Below are positions 47,244 through 58,497 of a stretch of 64,000 nucleotides of DNA, piece by piece. The DNA comes from Macrostomum lignano. Taxonomy: Eukaryota. The translations under genes were made by a program, and so were the position numbers. The notes below the pieces were generated by a model. It saw only the letters and a list, made by a program, of their open reading frames with translations. It searched no databases and had not been told where the DNA came from. Every line of letters starts with the position of its first letter. Position 1 is the first letter of the stretch. The stretch covers positions 1-64,000 of the forward strand of contig NIVC01003115.1 of the NCBI GenBank assembly GCA_002269645.1, given 5' to 3'.

Positions 47244-49911
47244 AAGACAGCAGACAGACAGACAGGCAGACACAGGCGGTCACCTGAGTGGCGCACAGGC
47301 CACACAAGCCGATGATGAACAGCAGGTTGAAGACGGCGCTGCCAACGATGGTGCTGACGCCGACGTCGCTATCGGCAAAGAAGACGCCGATGACGGATGT
47401 GAACAACTCCGGGGCGGAGCTGCCAGCAGCCATGAAGGTGGCGCCGGCTACGTCCGGTTTGAGTTTGAGCACTGCAAATATGCAATAGAAAATGGGAATC
47501 AATGCTCTATTGAGCTACTGACTGTCTCTCTGAAATAATCGGTACTGAATTCTTTCTCGTGCTGGCGCCCCTAGTGCTGGCGTCACTGGTGCTGGCGCCA
47601 CTGGTGCTGGCGCCCCTGGTGCTGGCGCCCCTGCGGCTGGCGTTCCTTGTGCTGCAGTCCCTACAGATAAGCTTCTCAATAAAAAATGATGGCTGGGCCA
47701 GTGGTCAGCATGGCGGACCTTCGAGACTTTCGGGACCTTTATTTTTCAGAACCGGGCTTTCATAGAGGCGCAATGAACAACTGTGAGACCCGGTGGGAAT
47801 TCACTTTTAGTATAGAGAAGAGTAGCGCAAAATGTACTCAGAGAGGATGTGTCAGCTGTTGCGACAGTGCGGATCGGCACTGCCCCCCCCCCTCTCTGCC
47901 ACACTGAGGCGCTTGAGATGCGATCGATGGAGAGCGGAGGCTGTATGGGGATCAGTAAACACTGCGCCTCAGCGGGTAGACGGGAAGGGAGAAATTGGAG
48001 CCAAAACGATCGTTAAAACTGCCGAAGGGATGAAGAAAAGCCAGAACAAGCCAAGGATATTGTCAGATGAAGCCTGCAGATACTCAGTAGCTCGCGCTGA
48101 GTTTTCTAGCAAGTAGGTGAATTGGTTTTAACTGGCCTGGCCCTGACACTGCTCAGGGCTCTGGGGCAGGCACTAAAGAACAGGGAGAGGGAGACATGGA
48201 GAAGGAGACAGTGAGAGGGAGACAGTGAAAAGGAGAAATGGAGAGGGAGTCGGAGATATAGAGAGGGATACAGTGAGAGGGAGACAAGGAGAGGGAGACA
48301 GGGAGAGAGGAGTACAGGGAGAGGGAGACAGGGAGAGGAGTACAGGGAGAGGGAGACAGAGAGAGGGAGACAGAGAGAGGGAGACAGGGAGAGGGAGACA
48401 GGGAGAGGAATACAGGGAGAGGAGTACAGGGAGAGGGATACAGGGAGAGGAGTACAGGGAGAGGGAGACAGGGAGAGGGATACAGGGAGAGGAGTACAGG
48501 GAGAGGGAGACAGAGAGAGGGAGACAGGGAGAGGGAGACAGGGAGAGGAATACAGGGAGAGGAGTACAGGGAGAGGGAGACAGAGAGAGGGAGACAGAGA
48601 GAGGGAGACAGGGAGAGGAATACAGGGAGAGGGAGACAGGGAGAGGAATACAGGGAGAGGGAGACAGGGAGAGGAATACAGGGAGAGGGAGACAGGGAGA
48701 GGGAGACAGGGAGAGGGAGACAGGGAGAGGAATACAGGGAGAGGGAGAAAGAAAGAGGAATACAGGGAGAGGGAGACAGAGAGAGGGAGACAGAGAGAGG
48801 GAGACAGAGAGAGGGAGACAGGGAGAGGGAGACAGGGAGAGGAATACAGGGAGAGGGAGACAGGGAGAGGGAGACAGGAGAGGCAGACAGAGAGAGGGAG
48901 ACAGAGAGAGGGAGACAGAGAGAGGGAGACAGGAGAGGCAGACAGAGAGAGGGAGACAGAGAGAGGGAGACAGAGAGAGGGAGACAGGGAGAGGGAGACA
49001 GGGAGAGGGAGACAGGGAGAGGAATACAGGGAGAGGGAGACAGGGAGAGGGAGACAGGAGAGGCAGACAGAGAGAGGGAGACAGAGAGAGGGAGACAGAG
49101 AGAGGGAGACAGGGAGAGGGAGACAGGGAGAGGAAGACAGCGAAAGGATGACATGGAGAGGGAGAGCAGAGGAGAGAGATGAAAAGCCAGCCACCAGAAG
49201 TGCACCGGGCTCACCATCGCAGAGCACCTCCAGCGACGCCACAAAGTACTCGTCGCAGACGACGGCCAGAGCGGCAAACAGCCAGACGGCCACGCAGACG
49301 TGCAGCAGGATGGCGCCCCTCTGCTTGGCTGGCGTGCTGATGAGGTCCGGCGGGAAGGTCTCGATGGAGCGCGGCGTGCAGGCGTTGGCCGGCGCTAAAG
49401 GCAGCGCGCTGCTCAGGTGGCGCAGGCCCATGGAGGCGCCCGCTTCCACTGCTGGGTGAGGGAGAGGTTGCAGTTTGAGGTGTGACTGAGTGTTGAAGGT
49501 GTGACTGAGTGTTGAAGGTGTGACTGAGTGTTGAAGGTGTGACTGAGTGTTGAAGGTGTGACTGAGTGTTGAAGGTGTGACTGAGTTCTAAAGGCGTGAC
49601 TGAGTTCTGAAGGCGTGACTGAGTTCTGAAGACGTGACTGAGTTCTGAAGGCGTGACTGAGTTCTGAAGACGTGACTGAGTTCTGACGTTTTAGAGTTTT
49701 CAGTTTGGGCCGTGAATGACTGAGTGTTGAGTTGTATCGTCAATAACAACTCAGGCAATGCATCGAACTCACTGCCATCGCCCAGCTGCAGACCGGCTCC
49801 GGGCCGAGCCCCGAACGCCCAGGCCGCCGCGAGCAGCAGCAGGAGGCCGGTCAGCATGCTCGCTGGCAGCCGCTGCTGTCGCCGAGGCCGGCGCCGACAA
49901 TGCGCCTCCAT
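42651..49911 (-). CDS. SLC24A: K+-dependent Na+/Ca2+ exchanger (SLC24/NCKX), 9 exons, ~557 aa
   Basis: Phase-consistent exons (minus): 49911-49773, 49451-49215, 47471-47284, 47103-47003, 46853-46660, 45839-45681, 44420-44202, 44097-43996, 42985-42651; 1674 nt. Motifs: signal peptide, FPPDL, VCDEYFV.SL, alpha-1 [18 protein letters not shown], alpha-2 [14 protein letters not shown] and [17 protein letters not shown]. Confidence 0.95.
43040..43958. repeat. SLC24 intron 8 13-bp repeat (CTCACCGCCTCTG; sense CAGAGGCGGTGAG)
   Basis: ~65 variant copies. Confidence 0.95.
44455..45645. repeat. SLC24 intron 6 16-bp repeat (CCTCACCTGTTCCCCT; sense AGGGGAACAGGTGAGG)
   Basis: ~70 variant copies. Confidence 0.95.
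46025..46620. repeat. SLC24 intron 5 18-bp repeat (CTGGGAAGATGTGGGATT)
   Basis: ~22 perfect copies, then decaying copies. Confidence 0.95.
47160..47275. repeat. SLC24 intron 3 (GACA)n microsatellite
   Basis: Direct reading. Confidence 0.9.
48180..49150. repeat. SLC24 intron 2 purine-rich 14-bp repeat (GGGAGAGGGAGACA)
   Basis: ~65 variant copies; a short GCTGGCGCCCCTGGT repeat also lies at ~47560-47645. Confidence 0.93.
49468..49690. repeat. SLC24 intron 1 19-bp repeat (GTGTGACTGAGTGTTGAAG)
   Basis: ~11 copies in two sub-variants. Confidence 0.9.
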
Positions 49912-50689
49912 GGACTTGGGGCTTGGCTTTGTTTACCAGAAAGTGGAGAATTGGGAATGGGAAGGCGAGAGAAGAATGAGAGGGGAGAGTTTTGTATGCG
50001 CCGGCGGGGCTGGGGATCCGGGAGGAGGCGAGGGCGAATCTTGGCGGCGGCGGCGGCGGTAAAGCTGGGAAGGCGCGGAGGCGGCAGGGGCAGGAAGGAA
50101 GGGAGAACCGGAGCGGGGGGAGTGTACACTGGGGGCTGTACACTCGCCAGGCCCTGTACAGGGGGTAGGGGGCGAGGAAGCAGGCTTGAAGCGGCTACCA
50201 GGGGCTGTGGGCTGAAGCGCTGAGCGGAGAGAATTTCTTACATGTAGGTGGCTGATACCGTAAGCTAAATGAGTTTTCAGCCCCGCGCAGACCTAAACGG
50301 TGAAATTAATGCTCGCTAATTTGATGCAGCTCGGGTAGAATGTGCTGAGCAGGGCAAACCGGATCTAACCGGATCTACTTTAGGGTGGTTATTATTGTCT
50401 GGGCAATGCTCTGAGGTGTGCAATGCAGCAGATAAACCACCTGTACATGAAAGCCTACACGGACATCCAGTCCGACCGTTGCTTGAAAATAACTGATACA
50501 CAAAGAAGAATTGCATCATGAGCACGTGTACATGTGTGTACATGTAGTGTACAGTCGGCTTTTAACTAATTTACACCCTCAAGCGTATATTTAATTTAAC
50601 ACGTCAAAAACAGACTTCCGTTCAATCATAATGTCTTTGTATTAAGGCCAGAAAGACAGCTTGTGAAAAAGGACTACAAACTTTAGCCA

Positions 50690-50905
50690 GCATCAGCCAG
50701 CATCAGCCAGCACCAGCATCAGCCAGCACCTGCCAGCACCAGCCAGCACCAGCCAGCACCAGCCAGCACCTGCCAGCCAACACCAGCCAGCACCAGCCAG
50801 CCAGCACCAGCCAGCACCAGCCAGCACCCGCCAGCACTAGTTAGCACCAGCCAGCATAAACCAGCACCAGCCAGCACCAGCCAGCCAGCACCAGCCATCC
50901 CCAGC
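50690..50905. repeat. ~10-bp (CCAGCACCAG)-type repeat directly after the TTC19 stop
   Basis: Direct reading. Confidence 0.85.
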
Positions 50906-53382
50906 TAGCCAGCGGCGCTCTCAGTCTCCAGCAGCCGCTCCACGAAGGCCATGCAGTAGTGCGCCCTGTCCAGCAGATCCTCCTCTCCAGCCGGCAGCTT
51001 CCTCGCCAGCTCCATCGCCCGCTGGCAGGCGCGAGCTGCCTGACCGTCCCGGCCTCGGCGCGCCTCAGCCTCTCCCAGGTTGCAGAGAGCGGCGCACATC
51101 AGCTGCCGTTGCGAAGCCTCCGCCCCGCCAGCACTCAGCTGCTCAATCATCCGCAGGGCCGCCTCCAGACTCTCCACAGCTTCATCAAGCCGGTTGAGCC
51201 GGCACAGCAGAGCGCCAATGTCGTTGAGCAGACAGGCCACGTTTTCGTGACCGCCCGGGTAGGTCTGTCTGGCCAGGGCCAATGAAGAGCGCAGGAGGTC
51301 CAGGGCTCGAGTCCCAGATTTGCCGCCTGCTGGAGGGGAGAAGTGCAGCAACGCCTTGGCCAGGTTGGACTGCGCCAGACCGAGCAGGGCGCGCCTGCGG
51401 GTGACGGGCGATGGATGTGAGCTCCCTGCCTGCTTCCCTGCATCTCTGAGCTCCCTGCATGCCTCCCTGCATCTCTGAGCTCCCTGCCTGCTTCCCTGCA
51501 TCTCTGAGCTCCCTGCCTGCTTCCCTGCATCTCTGAGCTCCCTGCATGCCTCCCTGCATCTCTGAGCTCCCTGCCTGCTTCCCTGCATCTCTGAGCTCCC
51601 TGCCTGCTTCCCTGCATCTCTGAGCTACCTGCATGCCTCCCTGCATCTCTGAGCTACCTGCATGCCTCCCTGCATATCCGAGTTCCACCCTCTACTCACC
51701 GCTCCCTGAGCTTTGCCTGCAGCCTCTGCAGGCTCCCAGCCTCAGCTGCATCGCGCACAGCCTGCGGCCCCAGCTCGGCCAGCAGCTCAGCCAGCCGCAG
51801 GCTGTCCGCCTCTTCAGCCTCAAACTCGGCCAAGCCGGCCGAGGCGCCGTCCACGGCGAATTCCAGACCGGCCAAACCGGCCTCGACGCGTCCGTTGCTT
51901 AGCAACAGGTTGCCAAGGCGAACGGAGGTCTCCACGACAGCGGGGTCGCGAACTGTGAGTCCGGCCAGCAGGAGGTCCTGCAGGTTGAGTTGGCAAAAAC
52001 AGGTCAGGTGAGGTTCAGGGCCTGACCAGAATACAAGGCTGAACTTAGAGCTAGCCGCAGGGGCCCAGTTCTTGATTGAGTACCACTGGTTGAGAAGTCA
52101 TTGAAGGTTCTGATGAGAAATTAACGAAATTACTCTGTATTGTCTTCCAGAACATTACTTCAGGACCTGATTTTTTAGAAACGTCAGGCAGACTTCAGGA
52201 CCTGATTTTTTAGAAACGTCAGGCGGACTTCAGGACCTGATTTTTTAGAAACGTCAGACAGACTTCAGGACCTAATTCTTAGAAACATCACAGACTTCAG
52301 GACATAATTCTTAGAAACGTCAGGCAGACTTCAGGACTTAATTTTAGAAACTGAAACTTCAGAATCGATTCTTAGAAAGCTTCAGACAAACTTTAGGACG
52401 TAGTTTTTAGAAACGAATTCAGGACCTGATTTTTAAAGATATCAGGCAGCTTTCAGAACCTGATTTTAGAAAAGGTCAGACAGACTTCAGGGCCTGATTT
52501 TAGAAAGTTTCAGTCAGCCTGAGGAAGACCCTTAGCTCAGGATTTGCACCTGCAGTTCGGCCCGCAGGAGTTTCTCGGCGGCGGCCCGCCTGCCCGCCGC
52601 GATGCAGTCGGCCGCGGCCGCCGAGTGCGCGCTGGCGCTCAGGCGGTGCAGCTCGGCGTCCGACAGGCCGTCGCGGGTTCGAGCCTCGGCCAGGGCATCG
52701 CGGATCGGCGCCAGGACGGCGTCGATGTCGACTTCAGCGGCGTCACTTTGAAGAGGCGGCAACAGCAGACGGCGACGCGCTTCGGCGAGCAACGGGGCGA
52801 GACGGCGACGGGTCCGGCGGCTGGAGTCCGACTCCGGCGACGGGGCGGCGGCGGTGGCGGGTGGGCCATCGGAGGTGGAGCCGGCCGCGGCGGCGAAGGC
52901 GGTGGGGCGAAACGCGACATTTGGCCGCCGTTGAAGCAGCCGCTGGTGCTGCTGTTGCTGATTGTTGTTTGGGAGCCTGGAGAAGACAGATTGAGATACT
53001 TGACTGCGATTTCTGGTACCTAGATGGCGATTTCTGGTGCCTAGATGGCGATTTCTGGTGCCTAGATGGCGATTTCTGGTGCCTAGATAGTGATCTATGG
53101 TGCCTAGATGGCGATTTCTGGTGCCTAGATGGCGATTTCTGGTGCCTTGATAGCGATTTCTGGTGCCTAGATAGCGATTTCTGGTGCCTAGATGCCGATT
53201 TCTGGTGCCTAGATGGCGATTTTTGATGACTACTGAAGAAGACACTTGAGCAGAAATTCCAGCTAAGCTTTCATGCACAGAGGGGCTCACTGCTGCAGCC
53301 GGATCCGGTCCCAGCCAAGGCACGTCGCAGCGGCCGAAGCCGCCACAGCAGCCGAAATCAGCGAATGACAGCAGCGGTGCAT
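50905..53382 (-). CDS. TTC19: TTC19-like mitochondrial TPR protein (complex III assembly/quality control), 4 exons, ~428 aa
   Basis: Exons (minus) 53382-53291, 52976-52550, 51977-51700, 51394-50905; phases match; 1287 nt. AAEKLLRAELQDLLLAGLTVRDPAVVETSVRLGNL...AGLEFAV and the TPR helices H.NVACLLNDIG...DEA, LCNLG resemble TTC19 as recalled. Arg/Ala-rich N-terminus fits a mitochondrial presequence. Confidence 0.8.
51418..51680. repeat. TTC19 intron 3 29-bp repeat (TCTCTGAGCTCCCTGCCTGCTTCCCTGCA)
   Basis: ~9 copies. Confidence 0.92.
52160..52525. repeat. TTC19 intron 2 ~33-35-bp degenerate repeat (TTTTAGAAACGTCAGGCAGACTTCAGGACCTGA)
   Basis: ~10 copies. Confidence 0.8.
53005..53225. repeat. TTC19 intron 1 21-bp repeat (GTGCCTAGATGGCGATTTCTG)
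   Basis: ~10 copies. Confidence 0.9.
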
Positions 53383-53434
53383 CAGCCGGTTTTGTTGGCT
53401 GAAAAAGCAAATAAAAGTACAAGTGAGAAATATT

Positions 53435-54812
53435 GTGCCAGGGCGATTCTCACAGTGTCTTCCGGGGCATTCTTATTGTGTCTTCAGGGGCATTCTTATT
53501 GTGTCTTCAGGGGAATTCTTATTGTGTCTACAGGGACGATTCTCACAGTGTTTTCAGGGGCGATTCTCACAGTGTCTTCCGGGGCGATTCTCATAGTGTC
53601 TTCAGGGGCGATTCTCATGGTGTCTTCAGGGACGATTCTCATAGTGTCTTCAGGGACGGTTCTCATTGTCGTCAGGGGCGATTCTCATAGCGTCTTCAGG
53701 GGCGATTCTCACAGCGTCTTCAGGGGCGATTCTCAGTGTCTTCAGGGGCGATTCTCAGTGTCTTCAGGGGCAATTCTAGTAGTGTCTTTAGGGGCGATTC
53801 TCATAGCGTCTTCAGGGACGATTCTCAAAGCGTCTTCAGGGGCGATTCTCATAGCGTCTTCAGGGGCGATTCTAGTAGCGTCTTCTGGGGCGATTCTCAT
53901 AGTGTCTTCCGGGGCGATTCTCATAGTGTCTTCAGGGACGGTTCTCATTTTCGTCAGGGGCGATTCTCATAGCGTCTTCAGGGACGGTTCTCATTGTCGT
54001 CAGGGGCGATTCTTATAGCGTCTTCAGGGGCGATTCTAACAGCGTCTTCAGGGGCGATTCTCATAGCGTCTTCAGGGGCGATTCTAGTAGCGTCTTCCGG
54101 GGCGATTCTCATAGCGTCTTCAGGGGCGATTCTAGTAGCGTCTTCCGGGGCGATTCTCATAGTGTCTTCCGGGGCGATTCTCATAGTGTCTTCAGGGACG
54201 ATTCTCATAGTGTCGTCAGGGGCGATTCTCATAGCGTCTTCAGGGACGGTTCTCATTTTCGTCAGGGGCGATTCTCATAGCGTCTTCAGGGACGGTTCTC
54301 ATTGTCGTCAGGGGCGATTCTCATAGCGTCTTCAGGGGCGATTCTCATAGCGTCTTCAGGGGCGATTCTCATAGCGTCTTCAGGGGCGATTCTCATAGTA
54401 TATCAGGGGCGATTCTCAGTGTCTTCAGGGGTGATTCTAGTAGTGTCTTCCGGGGCGATTATCATAGTGTCTTCAGGGACGATTCTCATAGTGTCTTCAG
54501 GGACGATTCTCATAGTGTCGTCAGGGGCGATTCTCATAGCGTCTTCAGGGACGGTTCTCATTGTCGTCAGGGGCGATTCTCACAGCGTCTTCAGGGGCGA
54601 TTCTAACAGCGTCTTCAGAGGCGATTCTCAGTGTCTTCAGGGGCGATTCTCAAAGCGTCTTCAGGGGCGATTCTCATAGCGTCTTCAGGGGCGATTCTCA
54701 TAGCGTCTTCAGGGGCAATTCTCATAGTATCTTCAAGGGCGATTCTCACAGCGTCTTCAGGGGCGATTCTCAGTGTCTTCAGGGGTGATTCTCATAGCGT
54801 CTTCAGGGGCAA
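53435..54812. repeat. Intergenic 24-bp minisatellite (CTTCAGGGGCGATTCTCATAGCGT), ~57 copies
   Basis: Fills nearly all the space between the HMT 3' end and the TTC19 5' end. Confidence 0.93.
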
Positions 54813-54962
54813 TTTGGAAATTACGTTAGTAACGTTAGCACGCAGTGAGCAAACAAAAGTGTATTTATTTGGCAAATTTGAAGAACCAATTGCAGAGTAT
54901 GAACTCAAATCACTACAAATGACAAAGTATATTTCTATACATATCGGTAGACCGCCGTGCCG

Positions 54963-55516
54963 CTAAACACCGGCCTCCTCGGCGCCGTCTCCGCGAAAGC
55001 GCCGGACCGTCCTTGTCAGCCGGGCGATCTCGGCCGGGCCGACCCGGCAGCAGCCGCCGATCCAACGAACCCCCAGCTGCAGCCAATCAGAGACGAGCTC
55101 CTCCGTGATTGGCTCCTCGGCGCCACCGTAGTCTCCCAGATTCGGATAGGCCAGCAGGGTTTTCTCGGCCGCCGCCGGCGCCAATTCCCGCGCCGCCCGG
55201 GCGACGTTTCTCGGCGCCACGATGCAGTTGACGCCCAGGCCGAACACGGAGCCGCAGGACATCAGCAGGGGGTCGGCGGCTGCCTCGGCCAGCGACTCGC
55301 CGGCGCAGGTTTTCATGCCGTCGCGGCTGGCGAAGGACAGCCAGGCCGGCAGACCGGGGAACTCGCGCAGCAGCTGGACGACCGCGCGGGCCTCGCGCAG
55401 CGACGGCAGAGTGTCGAATGCCAGCAGATCGGCGCCCGCCGCTGCCAGGGCCTCCACGCGAGGTCGGTGCCAGCGGGCCAGGTCCTGCGGGCGGAGGCAT
55501 GCCGGGATCTCATTGG

Positions 55517-55581
<65 letters not shown>

Positions 55582-55603
55582 CCTGTCTTAGTGTCTGTCT
55601 GCC

Positions 55604-55652
<49 letters not shown>

Positions 55653-57316
55653 GCCTGTCTGTCTGTCTGTCGGTCCGTCTTCGCTAGAGAAATTCCATAT
55701 CCAACAAATTAGAGACGCTCTCTAATCCAGGTGACTAACCTCCTCGGTCATGGACGCACAGTAGTCCCCGGTGAACTCGGACAGGTCGCACTGGGCCGCG
55801 CCGTACGGGCCGCAGGAGCCTGCAACCAGCACCCGGCGGCCGCAGCCGGACTCCTCCACTGCCCTCCGGGCCAGCCGGACCCCCGAGCTCAGCGCCTCTG
55901 CCGCCAGCGACGGCGTCATCGAGTCCGGCAGCGCCTCCACGAAGCTGTCCACATTGGCCTGGTAGGTGTTCGTCTCGATCACCTCGGCGCCAGCGTCTAT
56001 GAAGTCGCGGTGGATCGCCACCACGAGCTCTGGGTCATCTAGCAGCAGCCGGCAGCTCCACAGGCGATGGCCCTGCGGGGATCGAGATGGCACCATCGAG
56101 ATTGCAGATGTTGCTGCCACTACAGTGCATTTCCTAACACCGCATTAACTCCCTCTAGGTCTGACTGTGGACAACCACTTCCTTCCCTGCCACTCAAGCG
56201 CGCCCACCTCCCTCCCTGCCCTTCCAGCACACCCACTTACTCCCTACCCTTCCAGCATACCCATCTCCCTCCCTGCGCCTCCAGCACACCCATTTACTCC
56301 CTGCCCTTCCAGCACACCCATCTCCCTCCCTGCCCCTCCAGCACACCCATCTCCCTCCCTGCGCCTCCAGCACACCCATTTACTCCCTGCCCTTCCAGCA
56401 CACCCATCTCCCTCCCTGCCCCTACTGCACACCCATCTCCCTCCCTGCCCCTCCAGCACACCCATCTCCCTCCCTGCCCCTCCAGCACACCCACCTCCTT
56501 CCCTGCTCCTCCAGCACACCCACCTCCCTCCCTGCTCCTCCAACACACCCACCTCCCCTCCAGCACACCCACCTCCCTCCCTGCTTCTCCAACACACCCA
56601 CCTCCCTCCCTGCTCCTCCAACACACCCACCTCCCTCCCTGCTCCTCCAACACACCCACCTCCCTCCCTGCTCCTCCAACACACCCACCTCCCTCCCTGC
56701 TCCTCCAACACACCCACCTCCCTCCCTGCTCCTCCAACACACCCACCTCCCTCCCTGCTCCTCCAACACACCCACCTCCCTCCCTGCTCCTCCAACACAC
56801 CCACCTCCCTCCCTGCTCCTCCAACACACCCACCTCCCTCCCTGCTCCTCCAACACACCCACCTCCCTCCCTGCTCCTCCAACACACCCACCTCCCTGGG
56901 CCCCTCCAGTACACCCACCTCCCTCCCTGCCCTTTCAGCACAAACGCCTCCCTGCCTCTCCAGCACACCCAACCTCTCTCCGCGCCCCTCAAGCGCAGCC
57001 ACCTCCCCACTGCCCCTCTAGCACACCAGATTCCTGACTCCCGCCACTCCAGTGCATTCACAACCCTTCCGCAGCCTCCCTGTTATTTAGGAGGCAGTTG
57101 CATTTGCATTGGAGGAATTCAGTGCATGTGCGAGTATTCGCCTAAAGCGGCTGTTTTAATATCGCAATTTTCGTTACAAATTCCAAAATTCCGTACTTTT
57201 CACACAGCCAGAAGCCAGCCAGAACTCACATCGATATGCAAATTGGATCGGTCAATAGCTTGCACCCCGAATCCGCCGTCAATCACTTTGATGCTATTCA
57301 AATCCTCTTGCAGCAT
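54963..57316 (-). CDS. HMT: Homocysteine S-methyltransferase (HMT/MmuM-like), 3 exons, ~313 aa
   Basis: Exons (minus) 57316-57230 (MLQEDLNSIKVIDGGFG), 56072-55740 (LWS..LL.DPELV..IHRDFIDAGAEVIETNTYQ, VAGSCGPYGA..CDLSEFTG), 55484-54963 (DLLAFDTLP...E, GVNC, YPNLG, IGGCCRVGP). All phase 0; 942 nt. Zn-binding Cys motifs present; AATAAA at 54869-54864. Confidence 0.93.
55520..55672. repeat. HMT intron 2 (TGTC)n microsatellite
   Basis: Direct reading. Confidence 0.92.
56180..57010. repeat. HMT intron 1 29-bp repeat (CCTCCCTCCCTGCTCCTCCAACACACCCA)
   Basis: ~28 copies; homogeneous core ~56580-56890 with degenerate edges. Confidence 0.92.
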
Positions 57317-57789
57317 AACTGTACGACTGATTGATTGGCGCTGCTGCTGCTGCTAGACCGCAAAGCAGGTGAAAATTGCATGAAAATTGCAATAATTTCA
57401 ATATTTTTCCAGATAGCTAGAGATGAAAATAGGTTTGAAAATCTGCCCTGCTCTCAAATTTTTAGTAAACTCAGACAAAATAAACCGGATCTAAAGTCAA
57501 ATAAACAGTTTGATCACGCAGATAGTGTAGCAAAACAAAATAAACAGTTTAAAGTGCAAAGTGTGTTGTATTTACTAAATCAAATTCGGTGAAATGCACA
57601 ACACTAAACTGAATTAAGCAAAGAATGGACTATTTAAAAGATTAACAGTGCTAAACATAAATATCCGAACCATTCGAGCATTTTATTGCATTTACTTAAA
57701 TTTTAAAATGCGATAAAATTAATAAGCACCAATACAATAAGACTGTTATTAGCTATCTATTTTGACATGTGTGTTTTGAACAGACAAAT

Positions 57790-58425
57790 GTTTACAGACA
57801 CCACTGTATCCTGTTTACTTTGCAGACACTACTGTAGCCTGTTTACAGACACTACTACAGCCTATTTACAGACACTACTATAGCCTGATTACAGACACTA
57901 CTAAAGCCTGCTTACAGACACTACTACTGTAGCCTGATTACAGACTACTACTGTAGCCTGATTACAGACACTACTATAGCCTGATTACAGACACTACTGT
58001 AGCCTGATTACAGACACTACTATAGCCTGATTACAGACACTACTGTAGCCTGATTACAGACACTACTGTAGCCTGATTACAGACACTACTATAGCCTGAT
58101 TACAGACACTACTGTAGCCTGATTACAGACACTACTGTAGCCTGATTACAGACACTACTGTAGCCTGATTACAGACACTATTGTAGCCTGCTTACAGACA
58201 CTACTACTGTAGCCTGATTACAGACTACTACTGTAGCCTGATTACAGACACTACTATAGCCTGATTACAGACACTACTGTAGCCTGATTACAGACACTAC
58301 TATAGCCTGATTACAGACACTACTGTAGCCTGATTACAGACACTACTGTAGCCTGATTACAGACTACTACTGTAGCCTGATTACAGACACTACTACTGTA
58401 GCCTGATTACAGACACCAGTGTAGC
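57790..58425. repeat. Intergenic 23-bp repeat (CAGACACTACTGTAGCCTGATTA)
   Basis: ~27 copies between the CARD-DD stop and the HMT start. Confidence 0.93.
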
Positions 58426-58497
58426 CGTTTTACAAACGTTTTGGCCAGCATATACCAACTACACTACTGACACCAGTAGCATAAGCAGCGCATTCGG

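Noticed and set aside
54963-57316. Horizontal transfer of bacterial mmuM
   Set aside because: The gene has canonical introns and host-like composition, and HMT-family genes are common in invertebrates; no sequence-level evidence of HGT.
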